The notes beneath the pieces were generated by a model, which saw nothing but the letters and a program-made list of their open reading frames with translations, was not told the origin of the DNA and did no database searches. Below, in pieces: positions 38,501-49,897 of a DNA stretch of 64,000 nucleotides. The stretch covers positions 1-64,000 of the forward strand of contig JAUCBJ010003174.1 in the NCBI GenBank assembly GCA_032718475.1, given 5' to 3'. Both the position numbers and the translations under genes were made by a program. This stretch comes from Nemertoderma westbladi. Taxonomy: Eukaryota; Animalia; Xenacoelomorpha. Within the stretch, counting starts at the first letter, position 1. Every line of letters begins with the position of its first letter.

Positions 38501-40732
38501 GGCATTGGAAGGGCTTGAGATTATCCCAAAGGCCTGGATGGTCATCCAGTACTCCACCGGTTTCTGGTTGAGGTCTCCTTCGGGCCACCACAGAAATCGT
38601 AGACTATCTCGATCCCTATCTAACACCTTAACTTGTAAGAACATGCCTTCTATATCGGAGGCGAAAGCAATCGAATATTGTCTCAATCTTAAAAGAATCC
38701 CCAACAAAGATTGAAGCAAGTTGGGTCCGGGTAACAATTCAGAGTTAAGGGATTGACCCATGTAAAGAGCGGAGCCATCAAACACTACTCTCACTTCGTG
38801 TGGTTTACCGGGTTTAGGAACGTAATGGTGAGTTAAGTAATACGTTCTTTCAGTCACAGGTGTTTCTTCCGGTACTCTCTCCGCGTATCCCTTACTAATA
38901 AATTTTTCCAGCTGAGTTTGATACATTGCTTTAGCTGAAGAATTAGCCGTAAGGCGTCGATGGAGTTGCGCGATTCTTTTTTCCGCCAAAGGTCTGTTAT
39001 TGATGAACTTCGGTTCTCTCTTGCGAAAGGGTAAACCGACTTCATACCTACCTTGATCTTTGAGGAAACGTGTAGTTGTCTCTTGGATCTGCTTGGCCCT
39101 TTCCTCTTCCACCGACAAGGCTTTATCGTAGGAATTGGGCTCTACCGCCTCTTGCGTAAAGAATCGTACAGCATGTTCATCTCGAGTCTTGGCATTGCAA
39201 CGCTCAATGACGTCATTTAACTCGTCGTTGTAAGCTTCTCGTTCAGATGGATAGAGAAGTTGACATAAGTTCACTTGGTTTTGCCAAGCCTCGTTTTCCT
39301 TAAGGAGATCGATGGTATTCTCCTCATCAAAAAGCTGGTGAACGTCGTCATTATCTGAGGAGTATGGAATTCCCTCAGTTGAGTTGTCTCCCTCACTGGT
39401 ATCATCTTCCCATTCACTCACCTGGCAGACTCTCTCTTGCGGTAGTCTTTCTCTGAGTGTTCTACGGGAAGGGCCAGTAAAGTACCAACCTACTCTAGTT
39501 CTTACCGCATAGGTCTGTAGGGGCTGCGGTTGAGCAGGCCGTTTCTCTAACGTCTCCAGCGCCTCATGCGCGTTTTGGCCGATGAGTATTTGCACTCCAG
39601 GATAATCAGTCTGGAATCGAGGTATGTTAAGATGTTGGATGCTCTCATCCTCGTCCCAATTATAAAGGTCTGCTTGAGTAGTAGCGAAGTTCTTTATAGC
39701 CACCATTTTCACTGACCTTATGCTGTGTTCTCCTAGTTCGTCCTGGGGGGTGGACAACGCTCCTACATAATAATCAGCTGTTATTGTAGATTTCCAAACT
39801 TGCATAATGCCTGACATGTTGAGCTTAGTTTGGAACTTGGGTTGTCCAGCAAATATATCTTCGGCTAGCTCTTTGTCGATGAATGTTCCTGTACTACCGG
39901 AGTCAAGGAGGGCGTTCACTACATAACTCCTCTCAGGTCCGTGAACCCTTACTTGCACCACAGGAAACTCTCGGATCCCTACATTGGAAGATGGCTCTTT
40001 CCAAGATGGTTGTCGCTCAGAAGTAGTTAGAGTAAAGTCGTTGTCTGGATCCTTTTCATAGGTGAGTGCTCGATACACTGCGGTATTTATCATGTAACAG
40101 GATTCGTTTTCGTCGGAGAACTCGTCTGTATAGAATCCTTCCATCTCAGATTGATCAGTGTCGTTCACATCACTGAATTGGACATGTAGCTCGGAATCAC
40201 TTACCTGATTCGGACTATTTCGATCGAATTCAGCGTGCAACAAGATATGATGTTTCGCACCACACTTTGCACACCTTATGTCAGAGAAACAGGTTCGCCG
40301 TTGGTGTCCTTGTCTGAGGCAATTATAACATAACCGCTTATCCCACATGACTTCGCGTCTCTCTGTTAATGATTTCTTTAGAAATTCATCACACCTATTC
40401 AAATGGTGGGTCCCGTCGCACAGCGCACATTTCTGTTTGATGTTACTTACCTTATTTTGAGTCACATTGTGTACACTTGCTTTTTCTTCGGGTTTTCTCA
40501 CCTGAATTCTCTTGGGAGACGTGGGAGGAGTTTTTCTTACCTGTTCCCTCCTGTCATTTGTTCGAGACTTGAATTTACTTACCTGATCTTTAGGCATTTT
40601 ATTCACGTAATAAGATCTATCCGTGTCCTTCCCGCTATCTTCTCCTTGAGAAGTCTGGCTTTCGCCGTCATCGGTATAACATACTGGTGTTACCTTTCTC
40701 CTAGAGACGGGTTTTTCACTTACCTTGTTCAC
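35534..40732 (-). CDS. BEL/Pao gag C-terminus + pol (zinc knuckles, protease, RT, RNase H, integrase)
   Basis: Three Cys/His knuckles (CALCDGTHHLNRC, CYNCLRQGHQRRTC, CAKCGAKHHILLH), ALLDSGSTGTFI, YMDD, LHVFGDAS, GVDLFGP / SDKGTNF / WERLIRSVK; domain order PR-RT-RH-IN. Confidence 0.96.
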   Translation of the reverse strand: MNKVSEKPVSRRKVTPVCYTDDGESQTSQGEDSGKDTDRSYYVNKMPKDQVSKFKSRTNDRREQVRKTPPTSPKRIQVRKPEEKASVHNVTQNKVSNIKQKCALCDGTHHLNRCDEFLKKSLTERREVMWDKRLCYNCLRQGHQRRTCFSDIRCAKCGAKHHILLHAEFDRNSPNQVSDSELHVQFSDVNDTDQSEMEGFYTDEFSDENESCYMINTAVYRALTYEKDPDNDFTLTTSERQPSWKEPSSNVGIREFPVVQVRVHGPERSYVVNALLDSGSTGTFIDKELAEDIFAGQPKFQTKLNMSGIMQVWKSTITADYYVGALSTPQDELGEHSIRSVKMVAIKNFATTQADLYNWDEDESIQHLNIPRFQTDYPGVQILIGQNAHEALETLEKRPAQPQPLQTYAVRTRVGWYFTGPSRRTLRERLPQERVCQVSEWEDDTSEGDNSTEGIPYSSDNDDVHQLFDEENTIDLLKENEAWQNQVNLCQLLYPSEREAYNDELNDVIERCNAKTRDEHAVRFFTQEAVEPNSYDKALSVEEERAKQIQETTTRFLKDQGRYEVGLPFRKREPKFINNRPLAEKRIAQLHRRLTANSSAKAMYQTQLEKFISKGYAERVPEETPVTERTYYLTHHYVPKPGKPHEVRVVFDGSALYMGQSLNSELLPGPNLLQSLLGILLRLRQYSIAFASDIEGMFLQVKVLDRDRDSLRFLWWPEGDLNQKPVEYWMTIQAFGIISSPSNACSVVRTTAEDNREAFSKEVIDNIKRDIYMDDNLKSLPSVEEAIEVAKGTVECLKRGGFRLTKFTSNSREFLESIPAEDRGAKDLDLIKDDLPETKTLGLKWDTERDILFFQLKQRDNPVRTKRICLSILSTYFDPLGFISPVILIARSLVQQMWLENHSWDDPLKGELLKQWMKWEDSLPDIEDFIISRSYFGHVFPTYSYQLHVFGDASDMGIGIVAYLRVETPDGIKVALVTSKALINNKLKVPRAELKAALYATAIGRNVTEQIDYPLEKTVYWTDALLVLEYITNEVCQFSVFVTNRVAIILSRTTMDQWRHCPGTINPADIASRGATPKELVNTPEWLGGPDFLYREEEEWPPHLTTAEIRQAKGAEKVKPKTRASKSKLFKPAVDLSVLFTSGEDALDQKPTATTKEVLEIRDKDWKSGIPDIAQGLSPLLQRAIRHYSSWNRLCKAVTYLKRCFHHRYSGTKTNSDDAPSTSARVHVVKDLPQYKVSDRFLKEKISYQEHDETNKQMLRLLQCYEDSDKYFLLLRNPQMRLRDRFSSTMIDGLIRVGGRLTNAPLSFDTKFPILIRNLDIQIKIIVDVHSKLYHAGRERVLSEIRTRYYFYKPRRALNQVLRNCIPCRKAFSRPLTQREAELPRERVSFYEPPFTNTGVDLFGPIEVYRARTIVKRWCVIFVCMTCRAIHLDMVNDLSTNSFVLSLRRQIARFGTSNTMRSDKGTNFIGANNEIQAYVKDWNKRQVDDQLRITASSWTFNAADAPWWGGSWERLIRSVKTAFHFIVPCRAYLTDELLRTLMEEIAAYLNERPLMPVSSNPDSLEALTPAHFLLKKPVAMLPRSEITDGDEYCRRTWQLMQLLSRRFADHFEKHYLPTLQLRTKWFAQQENVSAGDMVLIVDPDLPRKRWQTGRIIETYISSDGLVQSVELVVMRRNFKKPGIVFETQQLNRPVGRLCLLERDRELSGNYGRQETLPTTTSLIQPTSRDSPT

Positions 40733-42200
40733 TTACCTTTATGCAGTCTTGATTCTCCTGAATGTTTTCCAATTCTAATTGGGTGGTTTCTTCAGTCGCT
40801 CTCCGTTCGGCTTCTGCCACTGCCTCCGCCGCTTTTCTTTCCGCTTCGGCCGCCGCCTCTGCTGCCGCTACTGCTGCTTTTGTCTCTGCCGCTGCCGCTT
40901 TTGTTTCTGCTTCGGCCGCTGCCTTTGCTGCTGCTACTGCCGCTTTTGCCTCTGCCGCTGCCACTGCCGCTGCCGCTTTTGTTTCTGCTTCTGCAGCTGC
41001 CACTGCTGCTGCTACTGCCGCTGCCTTTCTGTCTTCTATACGTTTTTTCTTTACTTGTTCTTCCTGGACTCGTGTGATGCGGAGTTGTTCATCAAATTTA
41101 GCCTGATTCGCAGCCCTCATTTCCACATCGATGGCATCCAACACAAGCTTGGTTCCTTCACTATTAGGGCTAAGTCCCTCTAACCTTCTCCTCAACTCGT
41201 CATCACCTAAAAAACGTTGATAGTCTGACAGATAAATGTCAATGGCATCCCTCTTATGCGGTTTCTCTGCCGTCGCTTCACTTTCCACTTGGGAAAAAGT
41301 AGCGTCTGTTGATTCTCCATGGGTTGATCGCTCCTCCAGCTGAGCTTTCCACTGAGCTGTTCCTTGAACCTGGAGACTCACCCGTTGAAACCAAGTCTTT
41401 ACGGCAACTTGCAACGACGTGTCTTGTCTTCGTTTAGAAGCCTCCTCAAAGGCTGATAAGATTAGCCTGATTCGTAGAATTCTTTCTCTAACTTGATAAA
41501 GCAGCAATCCCTGCTCTTGAGGTCCTTGAGGTTGTTGAAACAGTTGTTCTTTTAATCGCTCTATAGAGCTGAAGAATCCCTGTGCGTATCCGGCTGCGGA
41601 CCTCTTCCACACAGCTGGATCGATGGTTTCCTTGGCTACTCCCATCCGGTGTATGTCTTCCCAGGCAGATTCTGATAAATCAAACGGGAGTCCGGGTCCG
41701 GGGAAGTTCCATTGCGACTCGACCATGGACTTCAGTTCTTCCCTTGTGTATCCAGCATAACTATCTCTAGTTGAACGCTGGCTTCTCGCCCAATCGATCT
41801 GGTGTTCTTCCACAGCGATCAATAACCTAGTGAGTACGGCTGCAGGAAGGATGAGAAGGGGATCCGAATAAACCACATCCGTCATCCTTGCTCCGCGCTC
41901 GGGTGTCAGCTCTACAGTATCCTCACTACTGGAGCTGTTGGGCCATTGAGAAGTAAGTTCTTGTCTCGCGGGTTGTTGCTGTTCCGCTGCTTCTTGGTCC
42001 CGTTTGACCTGAGCTCGAGTGCCTATGATAGACCTACGATGTTGGACCAGCCTAGGTTCTTTTATTACTACTGGAGGGATGACTTTCCTCACAGTGGGAG
42101 GTGAACTGAACTTGCGACCAGACGGTTGTACGTCTCTATCTGAGTCGCAGATAGTTACATCTAATAAACTGTCTGACAGGTTCTGCTTAGTATCAGACAT
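40716..42200 (-). CDS. BEL gag N-terminal part with Ala-rich coiled segment; out of frame with the rest because of a 13-bp duplication
   Basis: 494-aa ORF; deleting one AAGGTAAGTGAAC copy fuses ...CIKVSE to KPVSRR... of the next ORF. Confidence 0.85.
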   Translation of the reverse strand: MSDTKQNLSDSLLDVTICDSDRDVQPSGRKFSSPPTVRKVIPPVVIKEPRLVQHRRSIIGTRAQVKRDQEAAEQQQPARQELTSQWPNSSSSEDTVELTPERGARMTDVVYSDPLLILPAAVLTRLLIAVEEHQIDWARSQRSTRDSYAGYTREELKSMVESQWNFPGPGLPFDLSESAWEDIHRMGVAKETIDPAVWKRSAAGYAQGFFSSIERLKEQLFQQPQGPQEQGLLLYQVRERILRIRLILSAFEEASKRRQDTSLQVAVKTWFQRVSLQVQGTAQWKAQLEERSTHGESTDATFSQVESEATAEKPHKRDAIDIYLSDYQRFLGDDELRRRLEGLSPNSEGTKLVLDAIDVEMRAANQAKFDEQLRITRVQEEQVKKKRIEDRKAAAVAAAVAAAEAETKAAAAVAAAEAKAAVAAAKAAAEAETKAAAAETKAAVAAAEAAAEAERKAAEAVAEAERRATEETTQLELENIQENQDCIKVSEQGK

Positions 42201-43573
42201 GACTATGTATACCGTTGAATGTCTACTGCTGTATTACAGTCTGAGTAAGTCTAGTAACTCAGTATTAACTGCTAGCCTAGTAATTAATTACCGGTACTGC
42301 TACTCAGTGTAGCGTGATATATATAATATATTAGAATACCAGTATGCTTATAGTATATATAACTATTATTACAGACTAGGTTTATCACCGAATACCGGTA
42401 TAATTTTAGCACAAATATATATAAATATATAATAGGCCTATCGAGAATACCGGTACAGCTGACAGTTTGTAGTGTATATATAAGTATAGTTACAGACTAG
42501 AATTAATTACAGAATACCGGTATGATTTCAACCTAAAATTTATAGAAATAAATATAATAAGCCTATTGTAAATACCGGTATGTCAATTATTTTAGAATAA
42601 TTGAATTTCTGAACTTTAGGGTTACTTGGTTACTTTAACTTACTTTATTACCGTTATTTAAGCAGTAGTCCAACTGATATTGAGACCTAATTGTTATATG
42701 GTAGGCCTACTATTTATAAATCGTTAGATTTGATTTATAATATATATATACCCGTTTTAATGGGTTTAGTCAATGTTTGAAATAAATGTTATTATTTCTG
42801 GGGTAATCACTACACAAAGCGGTACGCTTTCAGTGAAGTGTTACGTACAGGACACTAAAACAAATGATTCTAATTTACCTAAGTTACTTAATACTACAAA
42901 TTACGTACAATTCGGGTGAGATTACAATCTCTAAATAAACACAAAAATTTACAAAAACGCAAATACGAATTTTCAGGGTAATTTTACAAGAAGTCTACAA
43001 ACCAGCCTAACAAAGGGTTAGAAAACTGGTTATTACAACGGACAGGGTACTACGGTATTTGAAATAATAAGTAGTAGTAAATACACTGCGTTGTCCAGAT
43101 AGAAAAATACCACCGCCTGACGACCTATAGCCGTATCGCTATAGGTTCTACGTTATGTATCACGGAGTGTTCCTACCTAGAAGTTAATAGAGCTAATCGA
43201 ACGTGCCTATCAACCACTTTACAACACAAATATAATGCCTACACTAATTACTTCGGAAAGTACTGTACACTAAACCCTAAATTAGGTACGAGTACTTGTA
43301 CAACAGATAATCAGTAGTTAAATATACTTGAACAGCTAAAAGAACCACGGCATCTGCTGGAGTGACCGATGCACAAAATCACCAGTCTTTACCTACGCCA
43401 AGCAGCCCGTGTAGTACCGGGGTTAATTTAACTATAGCGGTATGTATAACAAACACAATTACTGTAGGAACAAACTTGGGGAATGAATGTTGCGAATAAT
43501 CGCATAAACTCTGAATAATAAATATTACGCTACGCGTACAAACTACTCAAACAAAATGCAGACCGAACACTGA

Positions 43574-44085
43574 CAGACTACTATCAAGCCTAAACAAACT
43601 ACAGGACATGCAGACTCCGAAATGATTAGGGAGTATGCGTTCTAACCCAGTAGTACGACTTATTCTTTAATTGGGGGTTTACCTTACAGCATTCGCTGCC
43701 CCTACTTCCTAACCGTACTTAATCGGACAAGTGATCTACACACGCTGCAATCCGTTCAGACCTAATAACAGCCAGACAACTATCCAGCCTACAAATTATC
43801 TAAATAAAATTATACGCTACCCGTACAGACTTACACAAACAAAGTACAGACTAAACGATGGCAGACTACTCTCAAGCCTAAATAAACTACAGGACATGCA
43901 GACTCCGAAATGATTAGGGAGTATGCGTTCTAACCCAGTAGTACGTCTTATTCTTTAGTTGGGGGTTTACCTTACAGCGTTCGCTGCCCCTACTTCCTAA
44001 CCGTACTTAATCGGACAGGTGATCTACACACACTGCAATCCGTTCGGACTTAACAGCAATCAGATAACAGCTCAGCCTACAAATT
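43574..44085. repeat. ~288-bp-period direct repeat in the BEL 5' untranslated region
   Basis: acaggacatgcagactccgaaatgattagggag... at 43601 and 43889. Confidence 0.85.
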
Positions 44086-44455
44086 GTCTGTACAATCTGA
44101 TCAGGTTTACACGCCTTCTGTTCAATACTGGCCTACAAATAAATAAAACTTGACAGAAATAAGTAAACCATATAAAGGAATAAGGGGTGATCAATCCCTA
44201 ATCCCTTAAACAGCCTACCGGTATACAACAATCAAATCGAATAATACTAGTGTACTTATACGGAAGTACCGGTTAGGACAGCTAGGCCTACGGACCTACA
44301 GAAGTACCGGTTCTGGCAGTTGGGCCTACTGACCTACGGCAGTACCGGTTCTGGCGGTTGGGCCTACTGACCTACTGAAGTACCGTTCAGGTTTACCGGT
44401 TGACCGGTACTTTCAACTTTATTGCTTACTGCAATAAAGAAGCTATATCCTTTAA

Positions 44456-45686
44456 TGTTCGCGCTTTCAGACCTTTGGCAGTTTAATCCGCCAAATTAAG
44501 ATGTCTTCTAGATATTAAATCGCTTTTTAGCCTATGACAAGTATTTGATTCACTACACTAGTCGAAACCAATCTGTGCGCGATCATTCACCCGCTGGATA
44601 TTCCCGGGAGATTGGGTTCGACGGTTTAATTTTATTGCTATGTAAGCCTAATGTATTATTCGACTGACAGTATTATATAATCTCTGACAATATTATTCAC
44701 CTTCGGGAATATTAACAGTTCCTTTAGGACGTGGCGCTTTATTTATATAAACAGAGTTATGACTTAAACTACTCACAACGATATGGCTTAATTATAATTC
44801 ACATATATGGCGCATTCTTTAGGAAATGCTTCTTTAACAGACTCACTCGTACACAATGCTGCACAATACTGCACACTAATCTGCCAATCTTCACTGATTT
44901 TAGTCACATATAAAAGGAACACAGACTGACTCATGTAGGGTCTATCAAATAACATTAGATTCACTTCAAACCACTTTAACATAAGTCACAATCGTTATTG
45001 GTAACCTTTCTCTCTTACCTTCGGTATATCAAGAATATTGGGTTTTCGGGGTTATTTCTCGTTATTCCAATATAATAATTCATCAACAAATATAATGAAT
45101 AACCGACAACAAATAGCAGTATACAGTATTGATTGAGCAGGTAATTTTAGCAGTTTCAGCAGTTATTAAAAGCCGTGTGTCAGCAGTGATTACGAAATTG
45201 CAGTGATTCCATGAGTTTGGTCGGTATGTCAGTTAAAGGATATATGTCCTTATAATTAAACCTACTAGTGTTGAGCTAAAAAGCAGAAAAGCACAAAACA
45301 CTATAAAGCCGTTCTTTCGTGGCTTTGAAAAACTCGTGACTACTGCTCTATACGAGGATACCAACTACCCTTATTCCACGAAGCTCCCGTTCAACACAGA
45401 GAAAGAGCAGTGAGATAGGAAAATTTCAGTTCAGTAGCTCTGTGATAGGTCAAAATCAAGGCTAACTCAAATTCTATTGGGAGATACAAAAACAAGGCTA
45501 TGACGCAACCTTTCTAGGCTGGTTGGCCGATTAAACAGAGCCCAGATACCTGCGTACAGCAAATCAGCCAATAAGCCGGTAGCTTGCACTGTTTTAACTA
45601 TAGATCCCCTTTAGAGTATTCCAGCGACCGGGGGGGGAACTGGCCAACAAGGCAAACGAATCAGTTACCCCACAAAAGCTTTTACA
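44456..45686 (-). repeat. 5' LTR of BEL element
   Basis: TGTAAA...GAACA on the minus strand. Confidence 0.95.
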
Positions 45687-48600
45687 CCGCACAAGAAAGT
45701 CCCTGGCGGTTCCTTGTGACCAACAATACCTCCATTCTACTTCCCTTATCGTGTGTTCCACCGCGACCCCCCACTCCACGAGAACTCCCTCCCATTGCGG
45801 AACGCCAACTTCAGTTGCTCAATGAGCGAGATTTAATTGGGGGCTTTTTGCAGCTGACTGAACCCGTTGTTTCTAAGTGGCTAAAGGGAATCGCAGGATA
45901 CGGCCGCGATACTGACATTTTTGTGAAGCGATCGGAGTTCCAAGTAGCCTATTGCTTTTCTTATTCCATAACGACGAATATACAGGTTTCACTTTTGTCA
46001 AAGAAGCAACTTACGTTGCAGGATTCCTGCCCTGATAAAGGTAATCCCAGAGTTAGACATCACAGGTGATATTTTAGAGGAGGATAATATATTTATTTAC
46101 CCAAGCCCTAACTCGTGGTGGATTACAACTTGCTCCTCATGCCTCATCACCTCTTATGATGGACCATGGTGTCGGCTGCGTGGGTGGATGCTTTACCTAA
46201 TGGAACTATACGGTGCTACAAACAACTAACTCAAGTAGTGCACATGATTGCGGTCTATTACGGTATCTCCCCACTGCCACCAATAGCTGCTTGCCGTATC
46301 CTAGCAAACACCCTTCTTAATCGAGTACAAAAGCGATCTATGGAAGAAACGGATAGGCAGAAACGGCGCGACACGCATTCTGGCGATACAGCCGCACAAA
46401 CTAAATTAGTAAATTAAATTCCTCCGAATAACGGGAAGTGGACAAAATAAATAAATATTATTGTATACCAGGCCGAAATATGATATCGTTTCGTATCACG
46501 TCAAACTGTGGACTGAGATATTTCCGAACCAGGAGAGACTCATAAAAACTGAGATATTTCTCTACAGAGGGTCACACGTTGAGTCCGCGCCCGGAAAGAC
46601 TCATAAACACAGATATTTCTCTACAGGGGGTCACACGTTGAGTCCGCGCCCGGAGAGACTCATAAAAACTGAGATATATATATAAAGGAGTCTACAGGGG
46701 AGTCACTCGTTTAATTTTCCGGTTTATGTTTAATATTCGGGATTGATACTTAATCAATTTATTAATTAATAATTTCAATATCTTTTTTTTATTAATAATA
46801 ATAATCAATAATTTGATTGAAGATTTTTTAATTAATGAAGAGCCCGTATCGGGGTCATTGATGTGTTTTCAGTCTGGGGTGGGGAATATTGGGTCGGCTA
46901 TCGTAATAAATAATAAAGTAATAACATAGAGTACCTACTAGTAATATAAAGTAAGTACCTAATAGTAATATAAAGTAAGTACATACCTAATAGTAATATA
47001 AAGTAAGTACCTAATAGTAATATAAAGTACCTAATAATAATAGCCCTATAAAGTAATAATATCAGAAAGGCAGTTGGGGGGGGGGGGGGGGGGGGGGGTA
47101 CCTGGAACCTGGCTTGACTTAGGATAGTAAATGACCAGAGATAAAGAATATAGAGAGAGGGAGGTCCATGTATATTGCTGTATTGTGGGGTGAGACAAAT
47201 ATACCGTTAGTTGAATCCGATATCATCTGTGTAACAACATTCCCCTACCAATAGGGGTACTGTTCACATCGTTTTTTATGTCGCACAATGTACTAACTCA
47301 ACACGGTCGTTCTAGACTATAATGAATAGTTAGTACACAACACTCGTCGTCCCCTTTGTTACAAGCCTCGCTGCGCTCGTCCTTTATTTCTTGACACCAA
47401 AATTTATTATGTTACTAATAATTACGATTGTGTACTAAATTTCATACAAATCCTTTGATAACAATGTCTATAACAGTATAAAGCAATACCAAACCAATGG
47501 ACTTCGCTAGCGAAGTCGGATGAAGGGGTGTGCCAGTCCTGTAGTATAGTAGTCCTTGGTTGCAACACATTCAGAATCGCAAAGATTTACTATCACAGGC
47601 AATAGGCCTACCTATATAGCAGTACGAAAGTCGGTAAAGTGAAACATTTTAGTTCTGTTCTGATACCCTTTCGACATGCAGATTTGCAGAGTACCGGAAG
47701 CTCCATTGATAGTGGAATACAGTACTGCAGTAAAGTCAGTATAGCAGTAGGCCTAGTACTATCATACAGTCAGGGTATGTCAGTACAGCACCGTTACTAT
47801 TGGTCGTAGGTGGGCTTGGCAATCAAGAAACTCTGTAGTGTACCGGTACTAGGCCACAGGAAGAGTTGGCCTACTGACTTTGTTTACTGTTTTTCGACAA
47901 TCTTTTAATTACAGGCCTACCGGTAGGCCTAGGCCTAATGCTTTTATTGTTAATCTCAACCGCGCACTTTCGGTATTGTGTTTATTAGTGTTTATGTTAC
48001 CGCGCAACTTCTGTCGTTCTGTGTCATGTTAATTTTACCACGCACTCTTCGCAATTACGCGCTCTGTACCAGTACCAGTACCATGTACATGTACAGTAGT
48101 TGGTTTGGGTGATTTTAATTACCGTTAATTTGTAATTGTCTGAATGTCTGATTGGTACAGCAGTGAATGTAATACATTCAGTTACTGTGTACTGGTAGGC
48201 CTTAATTTTGGTACTCACCTGGAATAGCTGGAATAATCAGGGAATTTCACTTTTTCTTTAAATTTCAGGGAATTCTTGTAAAAAATTGACACATTAGGGA
48301 ACATTTTCTATATAGAGGATACAGGAACAGGACATTGTGTCATGATGAGCGAAAATATGTAAAATTTTATCTGCTAGCTTCGCTCGCCATTCAATTTTCT
48401 CACATCTCTAGATATGGACACTTTGGACTCATTGGACTCATAAATATGGACACTATCATTGCTTCTTTGTCATCAGTAATTGGTCTGTTGTGGTAGTTTG
48501 CCGATATGCGATATGTAACTTTTTTTTGTAACCAATCGGAAATCTGCTTAATTTAGTTTATTATTTTTTAAACCAATCAGAAACCTTGTCTAGGGTAGGA

Positions 48601-49897
48601 TGATAGGCCTACCCTCTGCGGATGCTCAGTTGTGATACTCAATTCTCATCGGAAGGTTTCTCAGCAGGCCAAATTCAGGGTTACTGACTGCTCTTAGTTG
48701 GTACATTTCGTTTTCAAACGCATAGTCGGTCAATAACCTAATGCTCTTCCAGCCTTCACCGCAACCTCATTACTGTGTATACCTTACAAGATACTGTACA
48801 TGAAGTGGGACCTTCGCGCAGCACGTGACATAAACTTATGTTAAGTGTCAATTCGAAATAATTATTAGCAAAATCTAAGCAGATGTCCTCTAATCATTTT
48901 ACCACCTAGAGGCAGACTGCGGACAACAGAACACTCCACACAAAATTAAGTCTGAGGTCTAGAATACATGTGCCAGATATCAATCAGGAAGAAAGGATTA
49001 TAAACAATAATACGAAAGGGCTGAAGGTTTTCGTTTTAAGACAATTCTTTTTTTCACTTTCAGACATTTCGCCCTCTAGCAGAAGACTAGAGAACAGCAG
49101 ATGGATTAGCCCGAGAAAGAGAAGGGAAAAAAAGAGAAAGAAAGGGGAGCACATTTAATGTGTAGACATGCAGCCCTCTACATGTCTAGCGGGTATAGTT
49201 TAGTCTAGCGGGAGACAGTTGAACTGATGGTGTCTAAAAGTCTCTAAAAAAGTTTCTAAATGCTGTCTGAAAGTTGATGATATTTTTTATGATTTGGTTT
49301 TTGATTAAGTTTATTTTTATAATTTATTATACCATACAACACGGTTTTTTTTCTAAATATGTTAGTGAATTTATAAAATTTTATTATATAATATTATATA
49401 TATAATAATTAAAAAATTTAATTATTATTAATCACCCTTGGGGTCATTCACCAAAATCGAATCCTTGAATGTCTAAATATGATTCATCTCCATGAGCTTC
49501 ATTTGTACCAACTCGTATAATATCAAATACACTCGTTTGTGGTAGCGGTATTGGCTTTTCACGTTTCAAAATTTACCTTATAAATTCGCCATGTTGCGCA
49601 AATTAATTTGGTTTTCTAAACAAAATTGAGATTTTCTAAATTTTTTCTAACCATTTAGAAACTTTTCGCGGTGAACATTTTGAAAAAATAACCCTGCTGA
49701 ACAAACTACCGCCGATCTACCTACTGACCGACAGACACCCTCCAGACCAGACCCGTATGATACATATACAACAATTATGATCGTTTAGCAGTATGTTCTA
49801 CTTCTAGAATAATTAAAAGTCTAACTGTATTGTTGTAATATAATATTGTATTTATTATTTTTAAATACATTTACATTATTAACTGTTTAAAATATCA

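Larger units (their letters stand above)
31296..45686 (-). mobile_element. Full-length BEL/Pao LTR retrotransposon (14.4 kb)
   Basis: Two 1231-bp TG...CA LTRs, 5-bp TSD CCGCA (31291-31295 and 45687-45691), short purine tract GGGAGCGG before the 3' LTR, BEL-type gag-pol. Confidence 0.97.
30942..47558. mobile_element. hAT-type non-autonomous element (~2.2 kb) split by the BEL insertion
   Basis: ~63-bp TIRs (30942-31004 and 47496-47558) starting CAAGGACTACTATACTACAGGACTGGCA; GTTGCAAC 8-bp flanks; same termini as the 29-bp element. Confidence 0.8.

Noticed and set aside
40403-41183. Plus-strand ORFs over BEL gag (and 55773-57714 over LYST)
   Set aside because: Antisense shadows of low-complexity or GC-rich coding sequence.
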